DNA of 64,000 nucleotides from Mobula birostris (taxonomy: Eukaryota): contig NC_092384.1 in NCBI RefSeq assembly GCF_030028105.1, forward strand, positions 36,277,553 to 36,341,552. The letters run 5' to 3'. The translations under genes and the position numbers were made by a program. The notes under the pieces are model-generated. The model searched no databases. It saw nothing but the letters and a program-made list of their open reading frames with translations, and had not been told where the DNA came from. Below, piece by piece: positions 48,320 through 61,134 of the stretch; the first letter of the stretch is position 1; each line of letters starts with the position of its first letter.

Positions 48320-50078
48320 CTCTCCACTCTCCCCCCCCCACCCACCAAAAACAGTTATGTCCTCATTGAATATGGAACTTATTAGACGATTATTAATAAC
48401 ACAGTATTCAAATGAATTTCATGATTTCAGGACCACCAATCCATTTGTAACTCTAAGTAGCATACCTCCTCATGGGAATGGACATAACACTCCTTTTCCC
48501 AGGTGCATCCTATGCCAGCCTAGTAGAAGTTTCCTGACTCTCTGAGACCCCCTTATCTCATCTTCAGCTTCTTCAGTTTCAGCCACTCCTTGTGACCTTG
48601 TGACCTTTCCTGTCTACTAGAGGGTGCCTCCCCCTGTCTACCACTCATACATTCTGGTGGCTCAGACCCCCCTGCCCCAAGACAGGACTCAGCTTCATTC
48701 AGTTTAAGCAGGTGCTGCTGAACATCTTCAAACTCTGCTGATGCTAACCGCCAAGATCTCTCTGGGAAAGTGTGAGCTCAGTCACCTTAACAGTGTGGCA
48801 AGTACTTTTGGAGCAACCACCATCAGACTCGTCAGTAGAAAAGACATCTTTGCATTCCAACGTCTTCTCAGTTAATCTCTTTTTCCGTTCCTCAGTTATC
48901 GGTGAGTCACCAAAGTTGCATGACTTCAATGTCAACTTCCTCAATCCAGGAGGCATTTTCTCTTCAGTTTCCCCCAGAAATCTAGATAATACCCTAACAG
49001 GAAAAAGAGGGGCAATCAGTATTCCACATAACATTTCTTCTTGAGGTGTTCCTAACAATCACAGTTCCCCTGTTTGTGTAGACAGCCAAAGGGTTCTGCG
49101 GGTCAAGTCTCAATAGCACTCCTGCGGGTAAGCGTGACTCTTCTTTCTGATCATCAGGAGCATCCACCTGGATGGCTGGACTGTTGGGCACTCTAGCAAA
49201 TTTGAGGATTCCTGTCAATCTAGCTACTCCTCCACGATGTAACATGACAGGTTTAGACTGGGTGTGCCACAGAGTTCCTCGTTTCTGCTCATCATCCTGC
49301 TTAGGAGGAACTTGCACCTTCTTAAAAGCAGCTCTGAACACAGGGTGAATGGAGAAGGTTTTCAAAACATTCTCCCCATTTCTCTCCTTGCATGCTCCCA
49401 CAAGCCTCACAATGGAAGTATTTGTCCCCGCAAGTATGGAAACTCCACCCTTTCCAACTGGATCTGTGCAGACCAACACTGGTGTGTCAGTAGCCTCAGT
49501 TATTCTGCTCTGCCAAAACCTCATGTACTTCTCCTTCAGGTGTGGGCTTGACTCCGGAAAGCACTCCCGGCCTACAATAACTTGGCATTTATCAACCAGT
49601 GATGTAATATCCGATACTAGCTCAGAATTTCTCTCAACCCTGAAGGACCCATTAAAATTGTCACATCAGACAGCTCCTTTCCTTCACTTCACTAAAAATA
49701 TCGACAGCCCATGGCCCCACCTCTCCAGGGTTTCCTAACGTATCGGGTAGCGCAACTTTGGTTACATCACCGCTAGTCTTGATTAACACGATATTCTTAC
49801 CAGCTGATTGGTCAAAACACCTTTCAATCAGCGTAACTTCCCCAACACTTTTACAGAACTCAGCACTCTGAGTAACAGTTCATTGGGACTTCGAACATCC
49901 ATCCCGTTCAGAGCACAATCATTATTTGTGGATAATCTCTTTGAATTGCACCAAACCTTAATCCCAGCAGCATCCATAATAAGGTACCTCAATCACTTCC
50001 CATGACACTAGTTTAAACACAGGCTTAAATGCACAAACTACTTAATCAATCCTAAAGCAGCACTAGAACAGCACCCAA

Positions 50079-50096
50079 ATCCCGAACGAGCCCCCA
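50079..50096 (-). promoter_or_regulatory. Primer-binding site, tRNA-Pro
   Basis: Minus strand TGGGGGCTCGTTCGGGAT, 17/18 match to the tRNA-Pro PBS TGGGGGCTCGTCCGGGAT, 5 nt from the LTR. Confidence 0.9.
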
Positions 50097-50101
50097 TAAA
50101 A

Positions 50102-50942
50102 TGTAACCCTCTCACTAGGCTCACTCGCAGAATTGGCTCGATAGCTAACTTTGCTAACAGCCACAGGACTCAGCAGTGAGAAGGCCATCTTTATCAACAA
50201 TATACAGGGTTCAACCAAACAGGAAAGTTGGGATGTTCCAATTAACGGAATCTCGATTTCAGTGAATGCTATGTAAATACTGCCCATACACAATTATCCG
50301 TTGGCAAGAAATAACAGACTGTGCACTGCATAAAATTTTTAAGAAAGTATATTTGCCAGTTTCAGCTTTATCAATCAGTAAATAGGAAAAAAGAAAGAAA
50401 AGAAAATGGCCCATTACAGTTAAACCAGTCCAATGTGCTCGTTACCTTTGGAGATCACACTGGAGTATTCAGGGGTGCATCTCTCACTCATTCTTTGGAC
50501 CCACCGTCTGCATGAAAACACCCGCCACATTTTCAAACTCCCCTTGAAGACCATCTCAAGCAAATCGGCTCTCTGTGTCTCAGAAGTATTGTCCTTCCTC
50601 CTTAAAGACATTCATCCGCACAAGGCACTTCTTGCAATGGGGACTCTCCTCTCATTGGCACTTTGCGGTATCTTTCCTTCTGTCTCACTCTGCAGCTCTC
50701 GCCAGAAGACCCCAAACCAGACTACTGTCCTTCAGAAAACTCGCTCTGCCCTGCTTTCTCTAGAACCTTCTCCAGATCCCACCATCCTGATTGACTGACA
50801 CAATATTCCTAAGTTGAAACCAGGCTTCTTATCTTTAGCTAACACCGTAACATTCTTCTAGCAGGACACACTGCTTTTGCAGAAAACTGCTAAAATGAAA
50901 TGCCTACAGCATAGCAGGAGACAACTTAACTAGGGCATGACA
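50102..50942 (-). repeat. 5' LTR (841 bp)
   Basis: TGTAACC...TGACA; direct repeat of 47457-48319. Confidence 0.92.
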
Positions 50943-52429
50943 CTTGAAATAAATAGAGAAAATGTTGGAAACATTCAACAGTCCGATAACACCTGTAGAA
51001 GCAGAGTTAACCTGTTTCCTTCTCCACAGATGCTGCTGGATCTGCTAATTGTTTTCAGTCTTTTCTGCTTGTTTTTAAAATATAACTATTCGTTTCATAA
51101 CTTGACACATCTAATATAAGTAACCACTTATACTCCAAAATATATTCACTTGATACAATCACTGTGTATCACACCAAATAAATTAACATTTGTTGAGCTT
51201 GTGCTGAGATAAGTAACATTGGGTGCAATCGGGCATGGGGTTGTTCTCTGTGTGAAATATATTCCAGAGGTCTTCACTGACTTACCAGTAGTGAGGATTA
51301 TACTTAACTGTAACTTCGGCTGATTAGCAAACAAACAGGAACCCAATTGATATTTTTGAATGTTCTCTGCACCACCAATTCTATTAGGGTTTTGTACATT
51401 TTTCTGATATTCATGTGGTCAGTGTTAAATATACTGTAATTACAAATATGAGTGCTAATTGTTATGGCATTCATGACCAAAAATAGGAAGGAGTATTATA
51501 GAAAATAGCACAAGGCACACTTAATATCAAAGAATAGTTGAGGTAGCCTCCTGCAATCTGGTAGTATAACAGTTAAGCTGTTTGCCTGAAACATATTCTT
51601 CGTAAATTGGAATTCTGGTAGTCAGCTTTCCAATGTGCAAAGTATATAGATGATGAGTTCCATCATTTTTCTACAAGCATCCTATCTGTGAAAACATATT
51701 GGCATTTATATATTATAAGCTCCACAGTGTGTACAGTTGCATCTTTCAAATTTATAAGTGTTGTACCAGTAAAATACTTCAATTTAAATCAAACCTATCT
51801 TTCTGCACATATTAATAATTACTGCACCATGTGCAGAGTGAGATGCGTCTTGTCATTATTTGAAATATTTATCTTATTATGATGTGGCTGGTATTTTTTT
51901 TAATCAGAATTAGAGAGAATTGGTGCCCAGGTCTCCCCTCATCAATTAAAATGATCAGTGATATGGTAATCAATGAAAATAGCCACCAATATAGAGTGCC
52001 TCAAGATCTGTAAGAAGGTCTGTTGTTTGGAATACCTTGATGTCCTAGTTGCCATCCAAATAGATTCATCCAAGCACTGAGACACAACAGGAAACTAGAG
52101 CTCTTCAAACATGAAATGTGGTCACTGAAGGGATACCTATAGATCATTCTGCAGTACCAATTTAACAAAAAATAAATTTGCAGTATAGCAATGAGTAAGA
52201 TTCAATTAAGAGCACTGTGTCCAGATTTTTTTTAACAGGAAAAACCATTAAAGTCATCTTCAGGGAGCAGTTCCATTGAGAAGGGATTGAGATATTAGGA
52301 TGATTTCCACTGGTGTGTAGGAAGCTCAGAAAGATTATCATTCTTTGAAGAGATTTTAAGAGGAAATTGAGTTCAACTCAAAAATTTAAGAAAACGGACT
52401 ATCATTGTCGATGGCTTAATAAATTGATT

Positions 52430-52625
52430 TATTTATTGAGATATAGGAAGGAATTGGTCCACGCTGCCCAGTAATACCCCAATTTAATCCTAACCTAATC
52501 ATGGGACAATTTGGAATGACCAAGCAAATCTAAAAACTGGTAGGACTTTGGACTGTGGGAGCAAACGGGAAAACTTGGAGGAAATCCACAAGGTCATGGG
52601 GAGAACGTACAAACACCTTACATAC
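52430..52625 (-). mobile_element. V-SINE fragment
   Basis: ctttggactgtgggag..ggaggaaatccac..ggtcatggggagaacgtacaaac is the V-domain reverse complement. Confidence 0.75.
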
Positions 52626-52729
52626 TCCTTGTATAAGTTTGCAGGTGGCATGAAGATGATAGTATTGTTAAGAGTGAGGAGAGTAGTCGTAAGTTATGGA
52701 ATGATACTGATTATTAAGTAAGAAAGAAA

Positions 52730-55700
52730 GGACAATATCCTCGAGGGAAGATTTGCTGGTGCTGCACAGAGGGGTTTAAACTAGTGTTGGACAGGGATGG
52801 AAACCAGAATGCCAGAACAGGTAGTGGAGAGGATGTGGAGACAGATGCTGTTAAGACCACAGACAAAGTCGGGAATCAAAAGGTTGAGCATGGTGTGATT
52901 AATGTTCTGAGTTGAGTATATTTCAATGCAAGAACTATTGTAGGAAAGGCAGATGAATTCAGTTCATGGATCAACACATAAAATTATGATATTGTAGTCA
53001 TTAGTAAAATTTGGTTGCAGGAGGGGCAGGACTGGCAGCTCAATATTCCAGGATTCTGTTGTTCCAGACATCATAGAGTGGGAGGGATTAAAAGGGGAAG
53101 GGTGGCATCACTAGTCAGGGAAAATGTCATGGTAGTGCTCAGTCAGGACAGATGGAGCGCTCGTCTAGTGAGGCTTTATGCTTGGAACTGAGGAATAAGA
53201 ATATATGACCATGTTAATGGGGATATATTACAGACCACCCAACAGTACACGGGATTTAGAGGAACAAATTTGTAGAGAGGCCACAGACTACTGCAAGAAA
53301 CATAATGTTGTTATAGTAGGTGATTTTAACTTTCTACGTACTGACTGGGACTCTTATACCATAAAAGGATGAGATGGGATTGAGTTTGTCAAAGGTGTTC
53401 AGGAAAGCTTCTTTAATCAGTACATAGAAGCCTCAGTGAGGGAGTATGCAATACTTGAACTCCTATTCGTGAATGAGACAGGGCAGGTGGCAAAAGTTTG
53501 TGTCATGGAACACTTTGTATCAAGTGATCATAATGCTATTAGTTTCAAAGTAAAAATGGAAAAAAATAGACCTCATCCGTGGGTTGAAATTCTAAATTGG
53601 AGAAAGGCCAACTTTAATGATATCAGAAAGATCTGGGAAGTGTGGATTGGGACAGGCAGTTTTCTGGCAAAGGTGTACTTGGTAAGTGGGAGGCCTTCAA
53701 AATTTTGAGAGTATAAAGCTTGTATTTGCCTGTCAGAACATAAGTTAAAGATAACAGGTCTAGGGAACCTTGGTTTTCAAGAGACATTGAGGCCCTAGTT
53801 ATGTAAAAAAGGAGGTACATATTAGGTATCGGCAAATAGGACAAATGAGGTACTTATGGAGTATAAGAAATGCAAGAGAAAACTTAAAACATAAATCAGG
53901 AGGGCTAAAATAAGGCACAAAGTTGTCCTAGCAATCAAGGTTAAGGAGAAACCTAATGGTTTCTACAGATATGTTAAGAGCAGAAGGATTAAAAGGGACA
54001 AAATTCGTCTTCTGGAAGATCAGAATGGTAATTTAAGCATGGAGTCAAAAGAGATGTGGGCGATCTTGAAAGGATTTTTTACATCTGTATTTACCCAGGA
54101 GACAGATACAGACTTTATAGAAGTAAAGCAAAGCATCAGCAAGGTCATAGACCCTAGGCAGATTACTGAAGTGGAGGTGTTTGCTGTCTTGAGGCAAATG
54201 AGGGTGGATAAATCGCCAGGGCCTATCAAGGTGTTCCCTCGGACCATGTGGGAGGCAAGTGCAGAAATTTCAGGAGCCCTAGCAGATATATTGGAGGATG
54301 GCTTATGTTGTTCCACTGTTTAAGGAAGGGTCTAAAAATAAATCAGGAAGTTATAAACCAGTGAGCCTGACATCAGTAGTGGGGAAATTATTGGAAGTAT
54401 TCTCAGGGACTAGAGGTATGAGGATTTAGATAGACATGGGCTGATTAGACCATGGACCATAACACATAGGAGCAAAATTAAGCCTTTCAGTCCAGTGAGT
54501 GTGCTCCACCATTCTATCATGACTGATTTATTATCTCTCTGTACCCATTTTTCACCTTCTCCATATAACTTTCACACCCCTACCAATCAAGAAGCTGTCA
54601 ACTTCCACTTTGAAAATACCCAATGCTAGTGACCCCTTCCAATCATCTTTGGCTAATTCCTCTCTCATGCATCTACAGTTACCCTTACTCCACTGATACT
54701 GATATATCTGAATTTGGCTTCTCCCGTTCAAACACCACGCTATTCAGCACTCTATAACAAGCTCAAAGAGTTGAATCACCACAGCACTAGGGACAGTCAG
54801 CATGGCTTCATGCATGGTTGGTCATGTCAAATCAATTTTATAGAGTTTTTTGAGGGAGTTACCAGGAAGTTGATGAAGGCAAGGCAGTGGATGTTGTCTA
54901 CATGGACTTTAGCAAGGCATTTGACAAGGTCCCCCATGGGAGGTTGGTCAGGAAGGTTCAGTCGTTTGACATTCAAGATGAGGTAGTAAATTGGATTAAA
55001 CATTGGCTTTGTGGGAGTAGCCAGAGAGTGGTAGTAGAAGGTTGCCTCTCTGAGTGCAGGCCTGTGACTAGTGGAGTGCCGCAGGGACTGGTGCAGGGTC
55101 CATCGTTATTTATTATATATATCAATGATCTCGATGATCTTGTGGTTAAGTGGGTCAACAAATTTGCAGATGACACCATGTTTAGGGGTGTAATGGACAA
55201 CAAGGAAAGCTACCAGAGCTTGCAGCAGGATCCAGACCAGCTGGAAAAATAGGCTGAAAAATAGTAGGTGGAATTTAATGCAGACGAGAGTGAGGTGTTG
55301 CACTTTGGGATGCCCAACCAGGGTAGGTCTTACACAGTGAATGGTAGGGCGCTGAGGAGTGCGGTAGAACAAAGAGATTGGGAATACAGGCCCAGAATTC
55401 ATTGGTAGTCACAGCACAGGTAGGCAGGGTCATAAGGAAAGCTTTTGGCATATTGACCTCCACAAATCAAAGTGGGATATTATGTTGAAGTTGTATAAGC
55501 CACTGGCGAAGTCTAATTTGGAGTATTGTGTGCATTTTTTGGTCACCTACCTGCAGGAAAGATGTAAATAAGATTGAAAGAGTACAGAGAAAATTTACAA
55601 GAGACTGGAAGACCTGAATTATAAGGAAAGGTTGAATAGGTTAGGACTTTAATCCCTGGCATGTAGAAGATCGGGGGTGATTTGATAGATGTATACAAAA

Positions 55701-56047
55701 TTATCAGGGATATAGGTAGAGTAAATGCAAGCAGTGATTTTCCACTGAGGTTGGACTACAACTCGAGGTCATGGATTAAGCATGAAGCGTGAAACGTATA
55801 AGGGGAGCAAGAGGGAAAACTCTTGTGGGTCGTGAGAATGTGGTACAAGCTGCCAGCACAAGTGGTGCATGTGAGCTCGATTTCAACTTTTAAGCGAAGT
55901 TTGGATCGGTACATGGATGGGAGGATTATGGAGGGCTATGGTCCGGGTGGAGGTCAATGGAACTAGGTAGTTTGAATGGTCTGTCACAGACTAGGTGTCA
56001 GTGGGTCTGTGGGCCTGTTTCTGTGCTGTACTTTTCTATGACTCTAT
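52730..56047 (+). mobile_element. CR1 LINE with disrupted ORF2
   Basis: YYRPPN, VIVGDFN, SSDHNAI, DKSPGP, YMDFSKAFDKVPHGRL, GVPQG, KFADDT; 3' tail ttctatgactctat. Confidence 0.95.
54450..54625 (-). mobile_element. CR1 3' tail inserted antisense in CR1
   Basis: accataacacataggagcaaaattaagcc..ccatataac..aatacccaatg is the reverse complement of a CR1 3' UTR; the host resumes at about 54788. Confidence 0.75.
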
Positions 56048-56109
56048 GGCAATGGCAAAGGGAATTTGATTCTGATAGGCATATGATGCATTTTAGTGGC
56101 TCTAATAAT

Positions 56110-57105
56110 AGTAGGACATCAAAGGGTATGGACTGAAAGCAGGGGAGTGGGAATGACTGGAAGAATTGGATCGGCCCATGATTGAATGCCGGAGCAGACT
56201 TGACAGGCTGAATGGCCTACTTCTGCTCCTATATCTTATATCTTATGGACAGGTACATGAATGGTAGGGCTAAAAGGATTATTGAGGACCAAAGGGACCT
56301 TGTTGATACTGAAGATGGCAGCACAGCTAGAGAAGTGGGGAAGAAGGCTTACAAGATGCTTGTCATTAGCTAGAACATCAACAATAAGAGCAGGGAGGTC
56401 TTGTTTATAACTTTATAAAGCACTGGTTGGACCACATTTGGATTATTATGTGTGTTTTTTGGTTACCGCACAATTGGAAGGACAAAATTACTCTGGAGAA
56501 GGTTAGAGGAGACTTATCAGGATGTTGTCTAAGGTGAAATATTTCATTTACGAGGAGAGACTGGATAAGCTGGATTTGTTTTCGCAGGAAATGGGGAGGA
56601 CCAGATGGAGATATGCAAAATAATGTTATTGCACATTTTAAAAATCTATTCAATATATGTATACTGTAAATGATTTACTTGTTTACTTATTTTTATTTTT
56701 TTTTCTCCTCTAGATTATGTATTGCATTGAACTGCTGCTGCTAAGTTGTCAAACTTTGCATCACCTGCCGGTGATAATAAACCTGATTCTGGTTCTGATA
56801 ATGAGAGGCATAAATAAGGCAGGTAGAAAGAAACTTTTCTCAGTGCTAGAGATGTCTAAGAATAGAGTGCATAGGCTTTAAAGTGAGGAGGAAGAAGTTT
56901 AGAGGGGATCTGAGGAATAATTATTTTCATCCCGAGTGGCTGTAGATGGGAAAATATTTCCTCAAGGATGATAGAGGCAGAGATTCACATCTGGATGAGC
57001 ACTTGAATCAGTAACACTGTAGACTAAACGCTGTTAAATGGAACTGGACTTGAATGGCAAGCATGGACATGGTGGCTGAAGGGCTCGTTTCTCTGCTTAA
57101 TGATC
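56110..57105 (+). mobile_element. Stacked CR1 3' fragments with a Rex1 3' UTR insert (about 56625-56798)
   Basis: CR1 tail at 56120-56247; degenerate CR1 RT end; gataataaacctgattctggttctga tail. Confidence 0.7.
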
Positions 57106-59839
57106 TTCTGGCTCGAAGAGCATCAGTGGATCAATGCACCAGGGATTTTCATCATGATAATTCTCTTGATTTAGGCATAAGTGAAACAGTAGTGAAACCA
57201 ACTGCTGCCCATTTATATTCACTGAATTTGCAATCCATTTACTCATTTCCTCGATGTATTATTTTTGGACAGATGGAGCATTTTTTTATATATTTCATGA
57301 ATCAGACTTGCTTATTTTGTGAAGTGGAACATGATTATGATGATTTCCAGGTTGAATGGTCCCACACCAGAAACTGGACTGGTATTTTCACTCACATTGC
57401 ACTTTGTGTATTTTCTGCTACAAAAATGTACTTAATGGTGTAATTCTCCAAGCAGCACGCCTTTAGGCTCAGGGTCTTCTGATTTTTTCCAGTGGCCAGC
57501 TCACAGACCACGTAATTATTGCACAGTATACCAATGACTGCCAAGCACTTGTGGGTACTGATGTACTTCTCAGCTTCACCTTGTTAAGTAATTACTGTGG
57601 TATCTGCATATTGGTTAATTGTTCACATATATTAGCTGCTATATTTAACAGTTACTTTAAAGCTAAGGGGGCCACTTTTACTTTATAAAATGCATCACAC
57701 GGTTAGCTTGGTAAAATTGTACATAATTTGCTTCAGTTTGGTTGAAGAGTCAAATGCCTCAAATAATGCTTCACTGTACACTACAAGTCCGAATATAATA
57801 CAACAGCTGTCTAGGTCAGTCTCCACCTATTCACAAGTTAGAAAGCAGCATTTTCTGCTACATTTGAATTTTTGGCAGTTATTTTACTCTTAAATATACT
57901 ATACTTTTTGATGCTTAGCAATTGCAAAGTTTTACATTTTTAACTTCGCTGGGTTTTGGGGAAAATAACTTGTTTCTTCATTGGGATTGTTTCGCAATAG
58001 CTCTTCAGTTTGAGGAAGAAGAAGCTGCAAATGTGGAGAGAAGGAATTGTGCTTGTAGCTTTCTCTTAATGGAATGCAAATCCCTGCAGTTTTCCCAATA
58101 AGCAATACTTAAATAGAATGAACTTCTCTATATGAGTTTGTAACAGGGATGTTTCAATATCCGCAAGCTGCTTTTACATTTGGTACATGATTGCCTGCTG
58201 AAAGTCAGGAATCCACCCAAAAGCAAACATTGTTATTAATCCTGACTAATTTTACATGGTTATCGACCTTGACAGGAACAGTCTTTACTCACAAAGACAT
58301 CAGCAAACATTATCATTTTATTGGTTGGCACAAATATCCGCAGATTAATTGTGGCCCTGGTTTGAATTGTAAAACGTTCAAGTGTTCTCTAACCTGATCG
58401 GCAGGTTCCAACATTTCATTCTTGCATGAGATGCTGTCACTCACTCATGGCCTATTATGATGCTCCTGATTTCCAGGAGCTGTGTTGTCAGCCAGATTTC
58501 TTGTCCACTGATTCGTTGAGCTGCCTAGAGCAAGTGCAATTTATGTTGACAGCTCATCTATTCAATGTTAACATTGCCCAACTAAATCAGCCTAAGCAAA
58601 AAATATGGCTATGTAATGTTAATCCAAAAATTGTCATTTTGCATTCTTATACTAAAGTACGATATTTGTGCATCAGCAAATATAAAATATGAGTTTTTGT
58701 TCCCTAAGATATTTTAAGTCACTCAGTTCCAGTTGCTGCTAATGGAAATGACTAACTCTTCCAATTTAGGAAGGTGGGCCCATGGTACCAATAAATTGAA
58801 GCCGGGTAGCTGAGGATGCATCACCTATGATTTATTTGCTTTTCTGTCAATGTCCAAAACCTGTAATTCTATTGCTAAAAAAGAAGCAAAGACAGCACCA
58901 TGGTGGTAGATATAACTGAAGATAATGGCTACGTGCAAGATTGTCAAAATGGTGTATTCCTTGAAAGAGAGTCCTACCAGCCAACAACGACTGATGGCTG
59001 TGTGAATGTACCTTAACTCTGATCCATCAAAAAGCATTGGTTTATACCAATGGTTCTATTTGCATGATGCACCTGCCTTTAGTTATCCAAAAGGCATCAG
59101 AAGGATAGTTTAAAGGATACTTTGAGGACACAAAGTCCTGGTATCTGGAGCACTCTGAAATACAGTACGTTGGGACATTGTTTTTTCATACTTCTCAAGG
59201 TGCGAGGCTTGAGCCCACTCCACACTAATAGGGAGGGGGGCTGTTCTCTCTGGCAACTGTAAGCATTGAAATGTTAGCCTGGACTTGGTTCCTGTGCATA
59301 GTGATCATGGAACAACATTTTAAGCAAGGCTAACCTACCATTCCCATGTGGATGAGCATTAATTATTCTGAAATCTGCAGCAAGTATAAGGACTGTGTCA
59401 ATGCACATGACAGTACATCATGTGCATCATGGTTTCTCAGAACGGGATTTAAGAAAAATATTTAAAAATTTAGAAACAATTAAGTTGCCCAGATTGAACA
59501 CAGGAAAATCTTTGTGAGGCTGAGAAGTGAATTGCATTCTGCAGTCCAAATATACACAGCCATTGTTTCATAAAATCATCTGCAGCTCCTTTAAATAAAA
59601 AAAACACAACACACAGATAAAGAAATCCTTTGATCTCAGTGTTCATTATTCAATTGGTATTGAAAATCGCTACAATATTAGTCAATTATCAGTGTTTGCA
59701 ATACAGTACAAAAGCCCTTAAGGGTAGAAAGAAAAAAAGTCGTGTTTTTTCATAAGATTTTTACAAATCAATTTGATTTTTGTAAAAAAAAATTAACAAT
59801 TCGTCACAAAATTCTCACCGATGAGGAAAATTTTCCAAA

Positions 59840-60145
59840 ACTAGAGGGTGGTGAATCTGTGGAATTCATCGCCACAGACAGCTGTGGAGGCCAGGTCATT
59901 GGGTATATTTAAGGAAGAAAAAGAATTTCAGGATGTATAGTGTATACATTTCTCTGACATTAAATGTACCTATTGAAACCTATTGAGGTTGATAGGCTCT
60001 TGATTAATCAGGACGCCAAAGGTTACGGGGGAAGGCAGGAGAATGGGGCTGGGAGGGATGATGGTTCAGCCATGTTGGAGTGGTGGAGCAGACTTGATGG
60101 GCTAAATGGCCTAATTCTGCTCCTATTGTTTATGGTCTTATGGCC
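59840..60145 (+). mobile_element. CR1 3' fragment with a short retroposon-tail insertion (about 59915-59985)
   Basis: gagggtggtgaatctgtggaattc..gaggttgatagg..atggcctaattctgctcc; insert ends (acctattgaa)2. Confidence 0.75.
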
Positions 60146-60149
60146 TAAA

Positions 60150-60820
60150 ACAAAGAAGCACAGTAGAAATTACGACAACTATATATCCAAAGTGCAAAAG
60201 GGGACAAATCGTGTAAATAGTTTAAAAAAGTAAACAAATAACACTTGGAGTGTGAACTGCAAAGTCTTCGAAATTGAGTCCACAGCCACAGAGCCAGTTC
60301 AGTGCTAAAGCGAGTGAAGACAATCCAGGATCCCGATGGCTACAGAGCAACGACTGCTCCCAATGATGGCGTGGGACCCAATCCTCCTGCACCTTCCGAC
60401 CCATGGAAGTAGTGAGAAGAGAAGGAGATCGGTCAAACGCACGCAGATGACGTTGAACACCTGTTGGTTTTCCACTCTCAGCCTCGACAATTTTAACGTT
60501 GGTCAGTGTTTCAATTGGTGCGGAGTAATGGAGCTAAGCAAGGGTTCATCTTCTGCTCTCAGGGCTTTGCTCAGTGTCCACCCAGTGATGGCCGGCCTGG
60601 CTGTAGTGGCACTTTCGAGAGTTTAGCTCACTGAATCCCCCAGGAGAACGCAAAAGTGCCAGTTTTAGTCAGTTCAAAAGTACATTCCTTAAAGGGAATT
60701 TACAGGCTGTTGACTGCAGTGATCACAGTTCAGAAGAAGTACTGTATACCTGCTAGAATATCTTGTAGTTTTGTGAGCTGCTTACAGAAAGCATCGCAAT
60801 TGGCAGCCAGCACTATCTTG
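60150..60820 (-). mobile_element. Non-coding retroposon, aagat(a/g)gtgc 5' end
   Basis: Minus strand starts caagatagtgc; its 3' part resembles 47100-47200. Confidence 0.5.
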
Positions 60821-61134
60821 CAAGGTCTAAACCAATGGTTCCCAAACATATTTGGGTTACTGCCCCCTTGGCTCCCAGACTACATCCCCATCCCCTCCTC
60901 CCTTTCTGTCCTTTAGGTGAAAACTATAAAGAATTTTGATTTACAATGCACAGTACAAGAAAATGGGGACTGCAAACTCAAAACAATGGCACGTAATTGC
61001 AAAAATTGTTCAATTCGATTTAAAGCTACAAATGAGATTAATTCTTTACTTAATTACAGTAAAAACAATTTTCATCACCAATTTTAGAGCATACATTAGC
61101 AGTCCAACTATACACTTCTTCATTGCTTTTTCAA

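Larger units (their letters stand above)
47457..50942 (-). mobile_element. Internally deleted Gypsy LTR retrotransposon
   Basis: Two LTRs, exact 4-bp TSD CTTG (47453-47456, 50943-50946), tRNA-Pro PBS, PPT at about 48320-48339; internal remnants ILAGTN and KDVFSTDESDGGCSKSTCHTVKV. Confidence 0.92.

Noticed and set aside
47457-50942. Endogenous retrovirus, suggested by the tRNA-Pro PBS and 4-bp TSD
   Set aside because: Internal remnants (DVFS..D.GC....H.V) are Gypsy-type and no env-like sequence is visible
58900-59016. Short ATG-initiated frame MVVDITEDNGYVQDCQNG with a good Kozak context
   Set aside because: Only 38 codons, with no promoter, splice or homology support
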